A stretch of 64,000 nt of DNA from Acidobacteriota bacterium (GCA_963666055.2 CAXWPH010000001.1:32001-96000), one strand, 5' to 3'. Numbered from the stretch's first letter, positions 1 through 10,333 are shown. Notes: a model not told the origin generated them from the letters alone. Program-made: numbers and translations.

Positions 1-1624
1 GAATCTCGGAGCCCATTGGGCGGCCGTTGACGGTGGCTTCCAGGAACGGGCCGTTGGTGACGTAGGTGCGGCCCTGTCGGAAGGCGTCAAACCACGCGTC
101 GGCGCTGAACGGACCCTCGAGCTGCACGTAGGTGCGCTCCACACCGGGCAGCGTGGGGCCAAAGTAGGGGTAGTCGGCGCCAGCGGCCGGCAAGATGCGA
201 TATCCGAGGTTGAGAAAGTCGTACCAGAGATCGGTGTGCAGGCGCCCGCCTTGCAGGACCTCGATGAAGTCGATGAGGCCGTGCGGAATGTCGAGGGCGA
301 GGCCGCGCTCTCCGTTGAACAATGATCCGAGGTGGGCGTAACCGGTGATGCCTCCGTCCGCCCGGGTCTGCTCGAACACACTGTGATAGTCGTAAAAGGC
401 AGTCGCGTCGGCGTGCGTCGGGCGCTCGATGTTCCAGTGCAGTGTGTGGCCCCGGTGACCGGTTCTCGGGTCTTCCTGGCCCGACACGAGCACCGTTCCA
501 TCGCGGGCGAAGCGGCCCTCGCTCCCCCACGCCGGCTGGGTGAAGTAGGTCCCACCGATGTTGCCCATCTCGACCAAGTTGGCGACATGCACGTCTTCGG
601 CGGCGATCTGCGCCCAGACGTTCAGATCATCGACGCGATCGCGCTGCAAATGCACGTGAGCGTCACCCGAGAACCAGCCGCGGCTGGGCAGGTCATCGTA
701 GCGCCGCAGGGGCGCGATGAGCTCGGTGGTCTCACCTGCCTTAATGTCGAAGCCTCCCTGATAGGCGTGGTACTCGATGCCGTGGGTGGCGGCGAGCTCG
801 TAGCTCCCGACCGGCAGCCGCGCCTCGTAAGAGCCGTCGATATAGAAGGCCTGGCGGTTCTCGGAGGGCCACATGGTGCGGCGGTTCAACCAGTGGCGAC
901 GAACCTCGTCGATGAACCTCCACACCGGAATCGCCTTCTCTGAAGGCAGCGGCGCTCGACCGGTGTCGTCGTAGATACCCACCCGCGCCGGTATCGAGAC
1001 CCCGCTGGTGCCGTCCTCCACGGTGAGCCGCACAACACCGAATTGCGACGGCGCTGGGGTGGTGCCGCTGCGCTCGATCGACACGTCACAGAGTGCCACG
1101 GTGGCACCAGACGTGCCGACGGCAAAGTCGGTCTGTTGCGCCCCGAGTCCCGCCAGCCGCGCCCGGTCCAGGGTGACCGTCACTTGCCGGAACATGGCGC
1201 CTGGTTCGACCTCGACCTCCAGCCTGCCATGGCCGTCGCCGCCGTTGCGGTCCCAGATCACCTGAAACGAAGCGGCGCTGGTGAGCTCCGGAGCGTAGGT
1301 CAAGGTCAGGTCGACCGACTCGTCGATGTCATAGGCGTAGTCATCATCGACATCGAAAGAAATCATGTTGCCGACGACGCATTCCCTGCCGTCAATGGTG
1401 CGCATCTCGGCGTGGGCAACATCCATCTCCATGCCAAGCTCGGGGTAACCGAGGCCGATGACCTTGGTGAAGTTCTCCTTGTGCCAGGGAACCGGCTCGA
1501 TGTAACGCGCCTCGCGTCGTTCGGGTGACGCTGGCTGCTGTGGCGGCGCGGGCGCGCCATCGGTGCACGCCACCCCCAGAATCGCCACCGCTGTGGCTGC
1601 GCCCGTAGCAACAGCGTGCCGCAT
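1..1624 (-). CDS. CehA/McbA-family (PHP-like) metallohydrolase, putative lipoprotein; runs off the window start
   Basis: Not in the ORF track because the stop lies outside the window. Hand translation from ATG 1624 gives MRHAVATGAATAVAILGVAC (lipobox-like), then GWFSGDAHVH, GGITGYAH, WYDFLNLGYRI..AAGADY and GRTYVTNGP, motifs typical of this family. Confidence 0.75.
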   Translation of the reverse strand, partial: MRHAVATGAATAVAILGVACTDGAPAPPQQPASPERREARYIEPVPWHKENFTKVIGLGYPELGMEMDVAHAEMRTIDGRECVVGNMISFDVDDDYAYDIDESVDLTLTYAPELTSAASFQVIWDRNGGDGHGRLEVEVEPGAMFRQVTVTLDRARLAGLGAQQTDFAVGTSGATVALCDVSIERSGTTPAPSQFGVVRLTVEDGTSGVSIPARVGIYDDTGRAPLPSEKAIPVWRFIDEVRRHWLNRRTMWPSENRQAFYIDGSYEARLPVGSYELAATHGIEYHAYQGGFDIKAGETTELIAPLRRYDDLPSRGWFSGDAHVHLQRDRVDDLNVWAQIAAEDVHVANLVEMGNIGGTYFTQPAWGSEGRFARDGTVLVSGQEDPRTGHRGHTLHWNIERPTHADATAFYDYHSVFEQTRADGGITGYAHLGSLFNGERGLALDIPHGLIDFIEVLQGGRLHTDLWYDFLNLGYRILPAAGADYPYFGPTLPGVERTYVQLEGPFSADAWFDAFRQGRTYVTNGPFLEATVNGRPMGSEI

Positions 1625-1634
1625 CTTGCTCTGC

Positions 1635-3551
1635 CTACTTCAACCCGTTCGCCAACATCAGCTCCTGAACGGCTCGATCCGCCTGATCGATGGCGACGTT
1701 GGTATACGCCGCCGCACCAGCGTCGGCGTTGGCGATGGCGATCTTTCCGAAGGGCTTGCGACCGAGCACATGAGGACGCTCGGCATCGGGCACGTCTGGG
1801 TCGGCGAGCGTATCGTAGGTGTAGGCATAGCCGTGCGGCCAACGGTTGGCGGTGATCGCCAGGATGTCCTCGGACGGGTCGAAGCCGCCGCCCTCGAGGG
1901 CGCGCGTCAGCTGATCACGAATCTCCAGCTCGATGGTTTCGAACGAGGTCATCAGCATGTCGAGCATGCCGGCGCGCTGCTGGTCCTTGCGCGGCAAGCC
2001 AGGCTCGTTGGGGTTGCGCACCATGTGCAACACGATGGGCTCGTCGGGAGATTGTGTGCATTCGTAACCCCCCATCGACACGGGATAGTCGAGGCTGCAG
2101 GAGCTGTGGTACATGGCCGGATAGCTGATGCGGGAGACTCCCAGCTCCTTGAATGCCCGCCAGTTCCTGATGAACACGTTGGTGTACATCATCGGTACCT
2201 TCACCGCGTAGCCGAGCGCCTCCTTCTGCTCTTGCGGAAGGTCGGGGACCAGGTATGGAATAGCGTGGTTCCAGCAGGCGAGCAGACAGTTGCGGGCTCG
2301 CACCCGCACCATCTTGCCGTCCCGCACGTAGGCGACGCGCACCCAGTCGGCGTGCTCGGGCGCGCCCTCGTGCTCCACCCGTACGACGGTGCTGTCGAGG
2401 CGCAGCCGCCCTGTGGCCCCTTGCTCGTCGAGGCGATCGTAGCGCAGCGGGGCTTTTAGCACCGATTGCATGTCGTGGTCGCCGGGAAGCGCGGCGGGAA
2501 CCAGCCGGTTGATCAGCAGGCGCGCTATGGTGGCGTTGCCGTCTGGGAAGTGGAAGCGGTAGGCCCGGCTGCCCGGCCAGCGCGGCTCGAGGCCGAGGTC
2601 GAGGCCGTCGAATCCGGGCGCTCCGCCCTGCGCCGCCTCCAGCGCCGGCAACGTATCGATTCGCTTGTTGTTTCGATAGCCGCGGCCGAGGAAGAACTTG
2701 ATCGCCTCCGGGCTGACCTTTGCCACTTCGAGCAGGTAGTCCTGGTAACTCGTTCTGGCGAGGCGGGCGCGCTTCTCGGCCCGGCCTAGGCCGGTCATGT
2801 AATCGCGGTCGCCGGTGTGGAGCCGGATCAGATCCTGGCGCGCCTGCTCCGAGAACGGTGCCTGGCGGAAGAACTCCTCCCAGGACGCGTCTCCAGGCCC
2901 GACTACCAGCCGGTCGGCGCCGAAGGTCTCGCGATCGAAGAAGGTCGCCGAGTCCAACCCCGCGTAGACATCGCTGTCGACAAATTCGCCGGCGCGCTCT
3001 ACCTCGATGCCCAGATCCCGCACCAGAGCCTTGGCAGCATAGCTGTAGGGGAACGGTGAGACGATGCTCTGGGTGCCGCCGTAGCCGATCCAGGTCCGTC
3101 CCTTGTGGGTGAACTCGTTGCGCTTGGCGTGTCCGCCGAAGTCGTCGTGGTTGTCGAGGATCAGAACGGTCTGATCGTTGCCGAGCGCTTGACGGAAGAA
3201 GTGGGCGGCTGATAGTCCCGAGAGCCCGCCGCCAACGACCACCAGGTCATAAATCTCGCCGGAATCCGCCGCGCCAGACAAGCTCTCGTAGGCGCCATCA
3301 CGCAGCCGGTGCCCCACCTCGAACGAGCCCTCATGGCTGCCGCGCAGTCCGGTGAGGCTGGGTGGGTAGCTGGTAGCGACACCCTCCGGCGTGAGGTTCG
3401 ATCCTTTGAGCCCGCGGAGCGCGCTGCGTGTCGCCGCCCACGCGCCAGCGCTGCCCGCCGCGAAGCCGTTGACAAAGTCGCGCCGCGTGATGCCGCGGTC
3501 CATGCCGAGCTGACGTCCCTTGACCCGATCTACCATCGAACCCTCCTGCAC
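1635..3551 (-). CDS. Tat-exported FAD-dependent oxidoreductase, spermidine dehydrogenase (SpdH)-like
   Basis: ITRRDFVNG twin-arginine motif, YPPSLTGLRGSHEGS, VVVGGGLSG Rossmann motif, LDNHDDFGGHAKRNEF, NRWPHGYAY. The start could be a downstream Met. Confidence 0.8.
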   Translation of the reverse strand: MQEGSMVDRVKGRQLGMDRGITRRDFVNGFAAGSAGAWAATRSALRGLKGSNLTPEGVATSYPPSLTGLRGSHEGSFEVGHRLRDGAYESLSGAADSGEIYDLVVVGGGLSGLSAAHFFRQALGNDQTVLILDNHDDFGGHAKRNEFTHKGRTWIGYGGTQSIVSPFPYSYAAKALVRDLGIEVERAGEFVDSDVYAGLDSATFFDRETFGADRLVVGPGDASWEEFFRQAPFSEQARQDLIRLHTGDRDYMTGLGRAEKRARLARTSYQDYLLEVAKVSPEAIKFFLGRGYRNNKRIDTLPALEAAQGGAPGFDGLDLGLEPRWPGSRAYRFHFPDGNATIARLLINRLVPAALPGDHDMQSVLKAPLRYDRLDEQGATGRLRLDSTVVRVEHEGAPEHADWVRVAYVRDGKMVRVRARNCLLACWNHAIPYLVPDLPQEQKEALGYAVKVPMMYTNVFIRNWRAFKELGVSRISYPAMYHSSCSLDYPVSMGGYECTQSPDEPIVLHMVRNPNEPGLPRKDQQRAGMLDMLMTSFETIELEIRDQLTRALEGGGFDPSEDILAITANRWPHGYAYTYDTLADPDVPDAERPHVLGRKPFGKIAIANADAGAAAYTNVAIDQADRAVQELMLANGLK

Positions 3552-3764
3552 AGATCTAAGGGGTCCTGGCGATCACTGTCAACTGGGGCTGCTAGTGGGA
3601 CAGGTTGATCCAGGCTCCCCCGAAACCCTCCGTGAATCGGTTGTCTTTGCCGTTTGTCGTCGGTAGAGTCCGGACCTCGCTGTCAATCTGTCACTGGACG
3701 AACGTAGCGGTATCCGCCTGACGAACCCGGTGGCCTCGGCTTTGGCGAAGGGAGGGACATCAAG

Positions 3765-4145
3765 ATGCAAGGTAAGTGCCTGTGTGGAGGCGTGCAGTAC
3801 GAGGCCAGTGATTCTCAACTGATGGCGCACTGCCATTGCTCGCGATGCCAGCACAGCAGCGGAACAGCGCATGGCACGGTAGTGATGGTGAAGCCCGAGA
3901 ACTTCAAGATCACGCAGGGCGCCGACCTCGTGCACAAGTACGAAGAGGAGCCGTACACGGCTCGCGTCTCATGCTCGAACTGTGGTGGCAACCTCTACCA
4001 CGGCGAGATCTTCATCGAGGCCGGCACGCTCACCGAGGATCCAGGCGTGCGCCCGACGATGCACATCATGGTCGACTACAAGGCGCCATGGTTTGAGATC
4101 ACCGACGGCCTACCGCAGCACGGGGAGTGGCCGCCTAGCGACTGA
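3765..4145 (+). CDS. GFA/CENP-V family Zn-binding protein
   Basis: GKCLCGGVQY, HCHCSRCQ and CSNCG cysteine pattern; GGAGG RBS upstream. Confidence 0.9.
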   Translation: MQGKCLCGGVQYEASDSQLMAHCHCSRCQHSSGTAHGTVVMVKPENFKITQGADLVHKYEEEPYTARVSCSNCGGNLYHGEIFIEAGTLTEDPGVRPTMHIMVDYKAPWFEITDGLPQHGEWPPSD

Positions 4146-4190
4146 GTGCCGCCGGTTGCCGGTCGCAGCGCTGACCAACTCGACGTTTGC

Positions 4191-4230
4191 GCCCCGCCGC
4201 TCGATTCCCGGGTTCGGCGGGGCACTTTTC
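4191..4230 (+). terminator. probable intrinsic terminator after the GFA gene
   Basis: GCCCCGCCG (4191-4199) pairs with CGGCGGGGC (4215-4223), followed by ACTTTT. Confidence 0.6.
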
Positions 4231-4275
4231 TCATTGGGCGAGGTCTGCGTGCAAGAGAGACTGCGACAGGCGCTT

Positions 4276-4431
4276 CGCAAACGATTCGGCCGCATCACGA
4301 TCGCCAACTCCGATGCCGCCGCCGTCAGCCTCACCAACGCTGCGTTCGACCAGGCGCACCGTGCGGTACAGGAACTTCTGACCGACGTCATCCGACCGGA
4401 GTTCCAGTATCCCTGGGCCGAGCGAACCTGA
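4276..4431 (+). pseudogene. C-terminal remnant of an SpdH-like oxidoreductase paralog
   Basis: RKRFGRITIANSDAAAVSLTNAAFDQAHRAVQELL aligns with the C-terminus of 1635..3551 (RKPFGKIAIANADAGAAAYTNVAIDQADRAVQELM); no upstream portion is present. Confidence 0.75.
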
Positions 4432-4514
4432 TCCGCCTATCCAGAACGTCAACTTGAGGCGAACCGCCACGGAGTGCTAGATTCGCGCCGCCTCCAAGAA
4501 GAGAATCGCGGGAC

Positions 4515-5297
4515 ATGACGTGGACAAAGCATCGTTGTTGGCTCTGGCTGTTTGCCTGCGTCTTGCTGATCGCAGCCGCGGGCCCGGCCGAGCCGGGGCA
4601 GAATCCGTACGCCGCCGCGAGCGACGTCGCCGCCGGCCAGCAGCTGTTCTTGAAGAATTGTTCGTCGTGCCACGGTGGGAACGCCACCGGAGGACGAGAG
4701 CCTAACCTCCGACGTCGCCCGTACCGCAACGGCAACGAAGACGCGCAGGTCTTCTCGATCATCCAGAACGGGCTGCCCGGGATGCCCTGGAATGGCCTCA
4801 ACGACAGGAGCGTGTGGCGAATTGTCGCCTATCTCGGCTCCTTGAGCAGCGGTGCGGTGGAGGTTGCGGGCGATCCGACGCGGGGGCGCGACCTGTTTTA
4901 CGGCAGAGCCGACTGCGCCCTGTGTCACATGGTGAACGGCGCCGGCGGTCGCCAGGGGCCGGACCTGAGTTGGGTGGGATGGAGACTCGGCCCCGATGCA
5001 CTGCGCACGGCGCTTTTGGAGCCTGGCGCTAAAGTCGAGCCGCAATGGTGGAGAGCCGCGGTCTCCACCCGGGCCGGTGAGCAGATCGACGGCTACATAA
5101 TCGACGAGGATCAGTTCACCATTCGTCTCCTCGACGGCAACGACGGCTTGCATGCCCTCAGAAAGCGCGACCTGAATCGACTCGACAGGCAACTCGACTC
5201 ACTGATGCCAGCTTTCGGCCGGCTACTGACCGAGGACGAGCTCACCGACGTCATCGCCTACCTAGCCGGCCTCAACGGAGTGGAGAGGGGTCCATGA
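4515..5297 (+). CDS. periplasmic di-heme c-type cytochrome
   Basis: Signal peptide, two CxxCH motifs (CSSCH, CALCH), candidate axial Met in GMP and LMP; 4-bp overlap with the next gene. Confidence 0.88.
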   Translation: MTWTKHRCWLWLFACVLLIAAAGPAEPGQNPYAAASDVAAGQQLFLKNCSSCHGGNATGGREPNLRRRPYRNGNEDAQVFSIIQNGLPGMPWNGLNDRSVWRIVAYLGSLSSGAVEVAGDPTRGRDLFYGRADCALCHMVNGAGGRQGPDLSWVGWRLGPDALRTALLEPGAKVEPQWWRAAVSTRAGEQIDGYIIDEDQFTIRLLDGNDGLHALRKRDLNRLDRQLDSLMPAFGRLLTEDELTDVIAYLAGLNGVERGP

Positions 5298-6967
5298 GAT
5301 ACCGCGGCACGGCTCGGTTGCCAGGATTGGGGTTGCTGGGGTTGGTTGTGTCCGTGGTGGTTGCTGCGTTCTCGTTACACGAAGGGGCTACCGCTGCTGC
5401 TGCACAGGCACCGGGCGTAGCGCCTCCGGTGACCGCCGAGCGCCTCGAGCAGGCAGCCGATGAGCCGCACAACTGGCTGATGTATACGGGCTCGTACGCC
5501 AGCAATCAGTACAGCGCGCTAGCACAGATCGACCGCCACAACATCGCCGACATGCGCGTCGAGTGGGTTCATCAGTTCCGCACGCTGTCGACCGTCGAGA
5601 CCTCCCCGGTCGTCGCGGATGGGCTGATGATCATCACCGAGTCGCCCAGCAACGTGATCGCCCTCGACGCGGCCACGGGCCGACCCTACTGGAAGTACAC
5701 GCACCCCGTGCCCAGGAAGCTCACGATGTGCTGCGGCCTGAACAACAGGGGCGTCGCCATACTCGGCGATTCAGTCTACGTCGGCACCGTCGACGGACGG
5801 CTGCTGGCGCTCGATCTCAAGACCGGGAGCGTGATCTGGAACGCTGAGGTCGCCCGTCCCGACGCCGGCTACAGCATCACTGCGGCACCATTGATCGTGA
5901 AGAACAAGGTCATCACTGGCGTGGCTGGCGGCGAGTATGGCATTCGAGGCTTCCTGGATGCCTACGACGCCAAAACCGGTGAACGCCTGTGGCGTTTCTA
6001 CACGATCCCGGGTGAAGGCGAAGTCGGCAACGACTCGTGGGGCGGCGACTCCTGGCAGCGCGGCGGCGCCCCGACCTGGTTGACGGGATCGTACGACCCC
6101 GAGCTCGACCTGCTCTATTGGGGAACCGGCAACCCGAGCCCGGATTGGAATGGCGACGTCCGACCGGGCGACAACCTCTACGCCAACAGCGTCGTCGCTC
6201 TCGATCCCGAAAGCGGACAGCTTCGCTGGTACCACCAGTTCACGCCACACGACACCCACGATTGGGATGCCAACCAGACCATGGTGTTGATGGATGCCAC
6301 CGTCGACGGGACACCGCGCAAGCTGCTGCTGACCGCCAACCGAAACGGCTTCTACTACGTCATCGATCGCGAGAGCGGCGAGTTCCTTCGGGCCAAAGCC
6401 TACGCCAAGCAGACTTGGGCGTCAGGCATGGATGAGCAGGGGCGGCCGATCCTCATTCCCGGCCTCGAACCCAACGAAGAGGGTGTGCTTGTCTACCCGG
6501 GCTGGACGGGCGGCACCAACTGGTGGTCGCCCAGCTACAGTCGCAGCTCGGGTCTGTTCTACGTGCGGTCCATCGACGCCGCCGACGTGTACTACAAGCG
6601 CGAGGAAGAATACGTCGAGGGCGATCTGTACTACGGTGGCACCACCGAGGCGGCCGACCATATGGCTAACGTCACGGCGGCGATTCGCGCCCTGGACCCG
6701 TTGACCGGTGACCTGCGATGGGAGTATCCGATCACTCCTTCAGTCTCCTTCGGCGCTGGAATTCTGACGACGGCGGGCGGTCTGCTGTTCTCCGGCACTG
6801 TCGACGGGTATCTATTCGCCCTCGACGATCGCACCGGTGACGTCCTCTGGCACCTCAGCGTCGGCGGAACCGCGCACGCCGGCCCCATGACCTATAGCGT
6901 CGAGGGCCGCCAGTTCATCAGCGTGGCGGTGCAGAACTCGCTACTTACCTTCGCACTCCCAGAATAG
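5294..6967 (+). CDS. PQQ-dependent dehydrogenase, methanol/ethanol family
   Basis: Signal peptide, vicinal CC (MCCGLNNRG), AGGEYG, GNPSPDWNGDVRPGDNLY, HDTHDWD, ANRNGF, Trp-docking repeats. Confidence 0.9.
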   Translation: MRYRGTARLPGLGLLGLVVSVVVAAFSLHEGATAAAAQAPGVAPPVTAERLEQAADEPHNWLMYTGSYASNQYSALAQIDRHNIADMRVEWVHQFRTLSTVETSPVVADGLMIITESPSNVIALDAATGRPYWKYTHPVPRKLTMCCGLNNRGVAILGDSVYVGTVDGRLLALDLKTGSVIWNAEVARPDAGYSITAAPLIVKNKVITGVAGGEYGIRGFLDAYDAKTGERLWRFYTIPGEGEVGNDSWGGDSWQRGGAPTWLTGSYDPELDLLYWGTGNPSPDWNGDVRPGDNLYANSVVALDPESGQLRWYHQFTPHDTHDWDANQTMVLMDATVDGTPRKLLLTANRNGFYYVIDRESGEFLRAKAYAKQTWASGMDEQGRPILIPGLEPNEEGVLVYPGWTGGTNWWSPSYSRSSGLFYVRSIDAADVYYKREEEYVEGDLYYGGTTEAADHMANVTAAIRALDPLTGDLRWEYPITPSVSFGAGILTTAGGLLFSGTVDGYLFALDDRTGDVLWHLSVGGTAHAGPMTYSVEGRQFISVAVQNSLLTFALPE

Positions 6968-6990
6968 ACAGGAAGCTGCTCGAGGCCGAC

Positions 6991-9243
6991 ATGCCCACGA
7001 ATCAACCCCGCGGCTCGAGCAACCCCAAGCTCGAGCTTCGGCGAGAGAACCTAGACTCCCCAGCGGTGCAGAAGCTCTTCGCCGCCGCATCGCACACGGC
7101 GCTGCTGCGGCGGGTCCTCAGCAGCGTCCTTTCCGTCGCCGCGCTGGCCGTCCTGGCATCGGGCTGTGTCGCGAGAACGGCGAGCACAGATGCGGATGCC
7201 AACCTCTCGGCCCGCGTCGACGAGTTGTTCACCGATTTCACCGATGGGGGTGCAGCCTGGCGTGGCGGTCATGGTGGTCCGGGACGGTGAGATCGTCCAC
7301 CAGGTAGGCTACGGCTATGCCGACGTCGAGAATCAGGTTCCGCTGGCGCCTGACACGGGAGTGCGCCTGGGGTCGGTCACCAAGCAGTTCGTCTGCATGA
7401 CAGTGATGCTGCTGGCCGAGCGCGGACTGCTCGACTACGACGACCCGGTCAGCAAGTACATCCCAGAGATCTCCGAGCGCTACGGCGACGAGATCACCGT
7501 GCGGAAACCTGATGAACCACACCGGCGGCCTGCCCGACTACTACCCGGCGCTTGATGAATACGTGACCGATCGTGTGCCGAACAACGAGGACGGAGCGGC
7601 CGCCTACGCTCGTTGGGGTGAAGCGGTATTCCCTCCCGGAGATCGCTACGAGTACAGCAACTCCGGATACGAGATTCTGAGCCTCATCGTGCAACGCGTG
7701 GCCGAGGAGCCGTTCTCGAGCTTCATCGCGGCGAACATCTTCGAGCCGCTGGGCATGACCGGTGCGATCGCCTGGGACGACCCGGCCCAAGGTGATTCAC
7801 AACCGCGCCTTCGGCTACTCGCCCACCGACGTGGGCTTCGAGCTCAACGACGATCACCGCATGAACTACATGATGGGGGCAGGCGGAATCTACGCCAGCT
7901 TGCAAGACATGCACCGCTGGGACCAGGCGCTCTACACACAGCAGCTGGTGAGCGCAAAGACGCTACGCCAGGCATTCACCCCGGCGCGCATCAACAGCTT
8001 CGAAGACATCGGGTACGGCTTCGGCTGGCGCATCGGTGCGTATCAGGGCCACCGACGCATCTCCCACGGCGGCAGTTGGGTCGGCTTTCGCACCGCCATC
8101 GCGCGCCATCCCGATGCCAGCTTCAGCATCGTCCTGCTGTCTAACCGCGCCGATTTCGACAGCAGCGAGTTCATCGATCCGATCACCGACATCTACCTCG
8201 ATCCGCTCAGCGCCGAGGCGCGCGTCGACAACGTTTTGGGTTTCATGGACCGGGGCGCCCAGCCTGGAGCCGCGGTGCTTGTCGCACGAGACGGCGAGAT
8301 CCTCTACAGCGGCGGGTACGGCCTTGCCGAGGTGGCCGAGGGTATTCCGATCGACGCCGATACGAACTTCCGGCTGGGCTCGGTGTCGAAGCAATTCGTG
8401 GCGATGGCGGTCATGATCCTGGCAAAGGACGGCAGGCTGGGTCTCGACGACCCGATCGCCAAGCATCTCCCCGAGCTGCGGCGGTTCTCCGACATCACCA
8501 TCCGCCACTTGCTGGTACATACCGGCGGACTGCCGGAGTACTACGACGAGATCGAGCGGCGCTTCGCCGGGCAGCGGCCCGGCAACGAGGAGGCTGTTTC
8601 GGTGCTCGCCGATTGGGGCGAGCCGCTCTTTGACCCAGGTGAGCGGCACCAGTACAGCAACCCGGGCTATGACACGCTCGCGGGCCTCGTAGCACGCGTG
8701 TCGGGGCAGCCGTTCAGTGAGTTCGTCGACGAACGCATCTTCACGCCGCTCGGCATGACCCGATCATTCGTTCCCGACTACGCCGGCAGCTGGCCGTCGG
8801 GGCCCGACGATACGCTGCCGCAGATCGACAACCGCGCCATCGGTCACTCGCGGGCCGGCGACGGCTTCGAGGTCGATGACGACCACATGCTGAACTCGAT
8901 CGTCGGCGCCGGCGGTGTCTTCTCCACGGTGACGGATCTACTCCGCTGGGACCAGGCCCTCTACACGGACCGGCTGGTTAGCCACGCCACCCTCGACGAA
9001 GCGTTCACCTCCGGCGTCCTCAACGACGGCAGCGAGTTCGGCTACGGCTTCGGCTGGGGCGTCGACTCGCACCGCGGCCATCGACGGATCTCGCACGGCG
9101 GGGCCTGGGTCGGCTTCCGGACAGTGATCGTTCGCTACCCGGAGATCCGCCTGACCGTGATTGTCCTGACCAATCTGTCCATGCGCAATCCGAACGCCCT
9201 GGCCGACGAGCTCGCTGTATCGTTCTTCGAGCCAACCGATTGA
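6991..9243 (+). CDS. tandem two-domain serine hydrolase (beta-lactamase/class C PBP-like), probable lipoprotein; three +1 frameshifts in domain 1
   Basis: Lipobox-like LASGC; each domain has SxxK (SVTK, SVSK), HTGGL, YSN and HGG. The frame jumps at ~7246-7250 (G5), ~7505-7507 (A3) and ~7784 (GG), and the net shift is zero. Confidence 0.75.
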
Positions 9244-9265
9244 CGGCGCGAAAGGAGCGCATTCG

Positions 9266-10030
9266 ATGCGAGGTTTGAGGGGGAAGAACGTCGTTGTCAC
9301 CGGCGGCGCCAGCGGCATTGGGCAGGCCACCGCGACCCGCTTCCTGGAGGAGGGCTGCGCGGTTTGTGTGCTCGATCGCAGCGCCGAGGCACGCGAACGG
9401 GTGGCGGCGGAGCTACCTACTTTGGCAGGTGTGATCGACGCCGATGTCTCGCAGCTCGAGCAGGTGCAGGCAGCGTTCAAGGAGGCTATCGAGCGCATGG
9501 GGTCGGTGGATGTGCTGATCAACAACGCCGGGATCAGCATCCGGCACGACTTCCTCGAGATCACTCCCGAAGAGTGGGACGAGGTGTTGGGGGTCAACCT
9601 GAAGGGCGTTTTCTTGGTGGCACAAACGGCGGCACGCCACATGATGGAACGGGGCGCAGGGGTGATTCTGAACACCGCTTCTACCGGCGGAAGCACCGGC
9701 TACCCGCACTATGCCGACTACAACGCCAGCAAGGGCGGGGTTATGGCGCTGACCCAGTCGATGGCGCTCGAGCTCGCCCCGACGGTTCGCGTCAACGCCA
9801 TTTCCCCGGGCTATGTGCTGACGCCCATGCAACGCGCCGAGTACAGCGACGCCATGCTCGACGCCGTGAACCGCAAGATCCCGCTCGGCCGCCACGCCAA
9901 GCCCGAAGAAATCGCCGCTCTGTTCGCCTTTCTCGCCTCCGAGGACGCGGCCTTCACTACGGGCCACGTGTACGTGATGGACGGGGCCGAAACTACAGGC
10001 GGCCTCTGCAGCCAGTGGAGCCACGAGTAA
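9266..10030 (+). CDS. SDR family NAD(P)-dependent oxidoreductase
   Basis: TGGASGIG, NNAG, YNASK catalytic YxxxK, VNAISPG. Confidence 0.93.
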   Translation: MRGLRGKNVVVTGGASGIGQATATRFLEEGCAVCVLDRSAEARERVAAELPTLAGVIDADVSQLEQVQAAFKEAIERMGSVDVLINNAGISIRHDFLEITPEEWDEVLGVNLKGVFLVAQTAARHMMERGAGVILNTASTGGSTGYPHYADYNASKGGVMALTQSMALELAPTVRVNAISPGYVLTPMQRAEYSDAMLDAVNRKIPLGRHAKPEEIAALFAFLASEDAAFTTGHVYVMDGAETTGGLCSQWSHE

Positions 10031-10091
10031 AGTACTTGCGGCAGGCGTCCAGCGCCTCGCTGGACACAAAGCGGACAGGAGGATCATCTCA

Positions 10092-10283
10092 ATGAAACTC
10101 GAGGGGAAGGTTGCCCTGATCACCGGCGGGCACTCGACATCCTGTTCAACAACGCACGGTCCCGACGGGATCCGCGTCAACTGTGTCTGCCCCGGTGATA
10201 TCGAAACGCCGATGCTGTCCGACGACTCCTCCTTCGTTACCGGCGAGGCGCTGGTGGTCGACGGCGGGGGTGTTGCCGGCTAG
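10092..10283 (+). pseudogene. internally deleted SDR remnant
   Basis: 63 codons containing MKLEGKVALITGG, an out-of-frame ALDILFNNA, HGPDGIRVNCVCPG and SSFVTGEALVVDGG; no YxxxK. Confidence 0.8.
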
Positions 10284-10333
10284 AAACGCCAACCAGTGCG
10301 TCCCACACCAGCTTTGACAGGTCCGGGCGATCG

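Noticed and set aside
1-1624. CehA-like N-methylcarbamate hydrolase supplying methylamine
   Set aside because: Only family-level similarity, the gene is truncated by the window, and it is far from the cluster.
3765-4145. GFA protein as the formaldehyde-detoxifying partner of the methylamine cluster
   Set aside because: It is 24 kb away, the family is functionally broad, and no frmA/fghA is adjacent.
6991-9243. Antibiotic-resistance beta-lactamase
   Set aside because: It has HGG rather than KTG and looks like a generic serine hydrolase/peptidase; resistance is unsupported.
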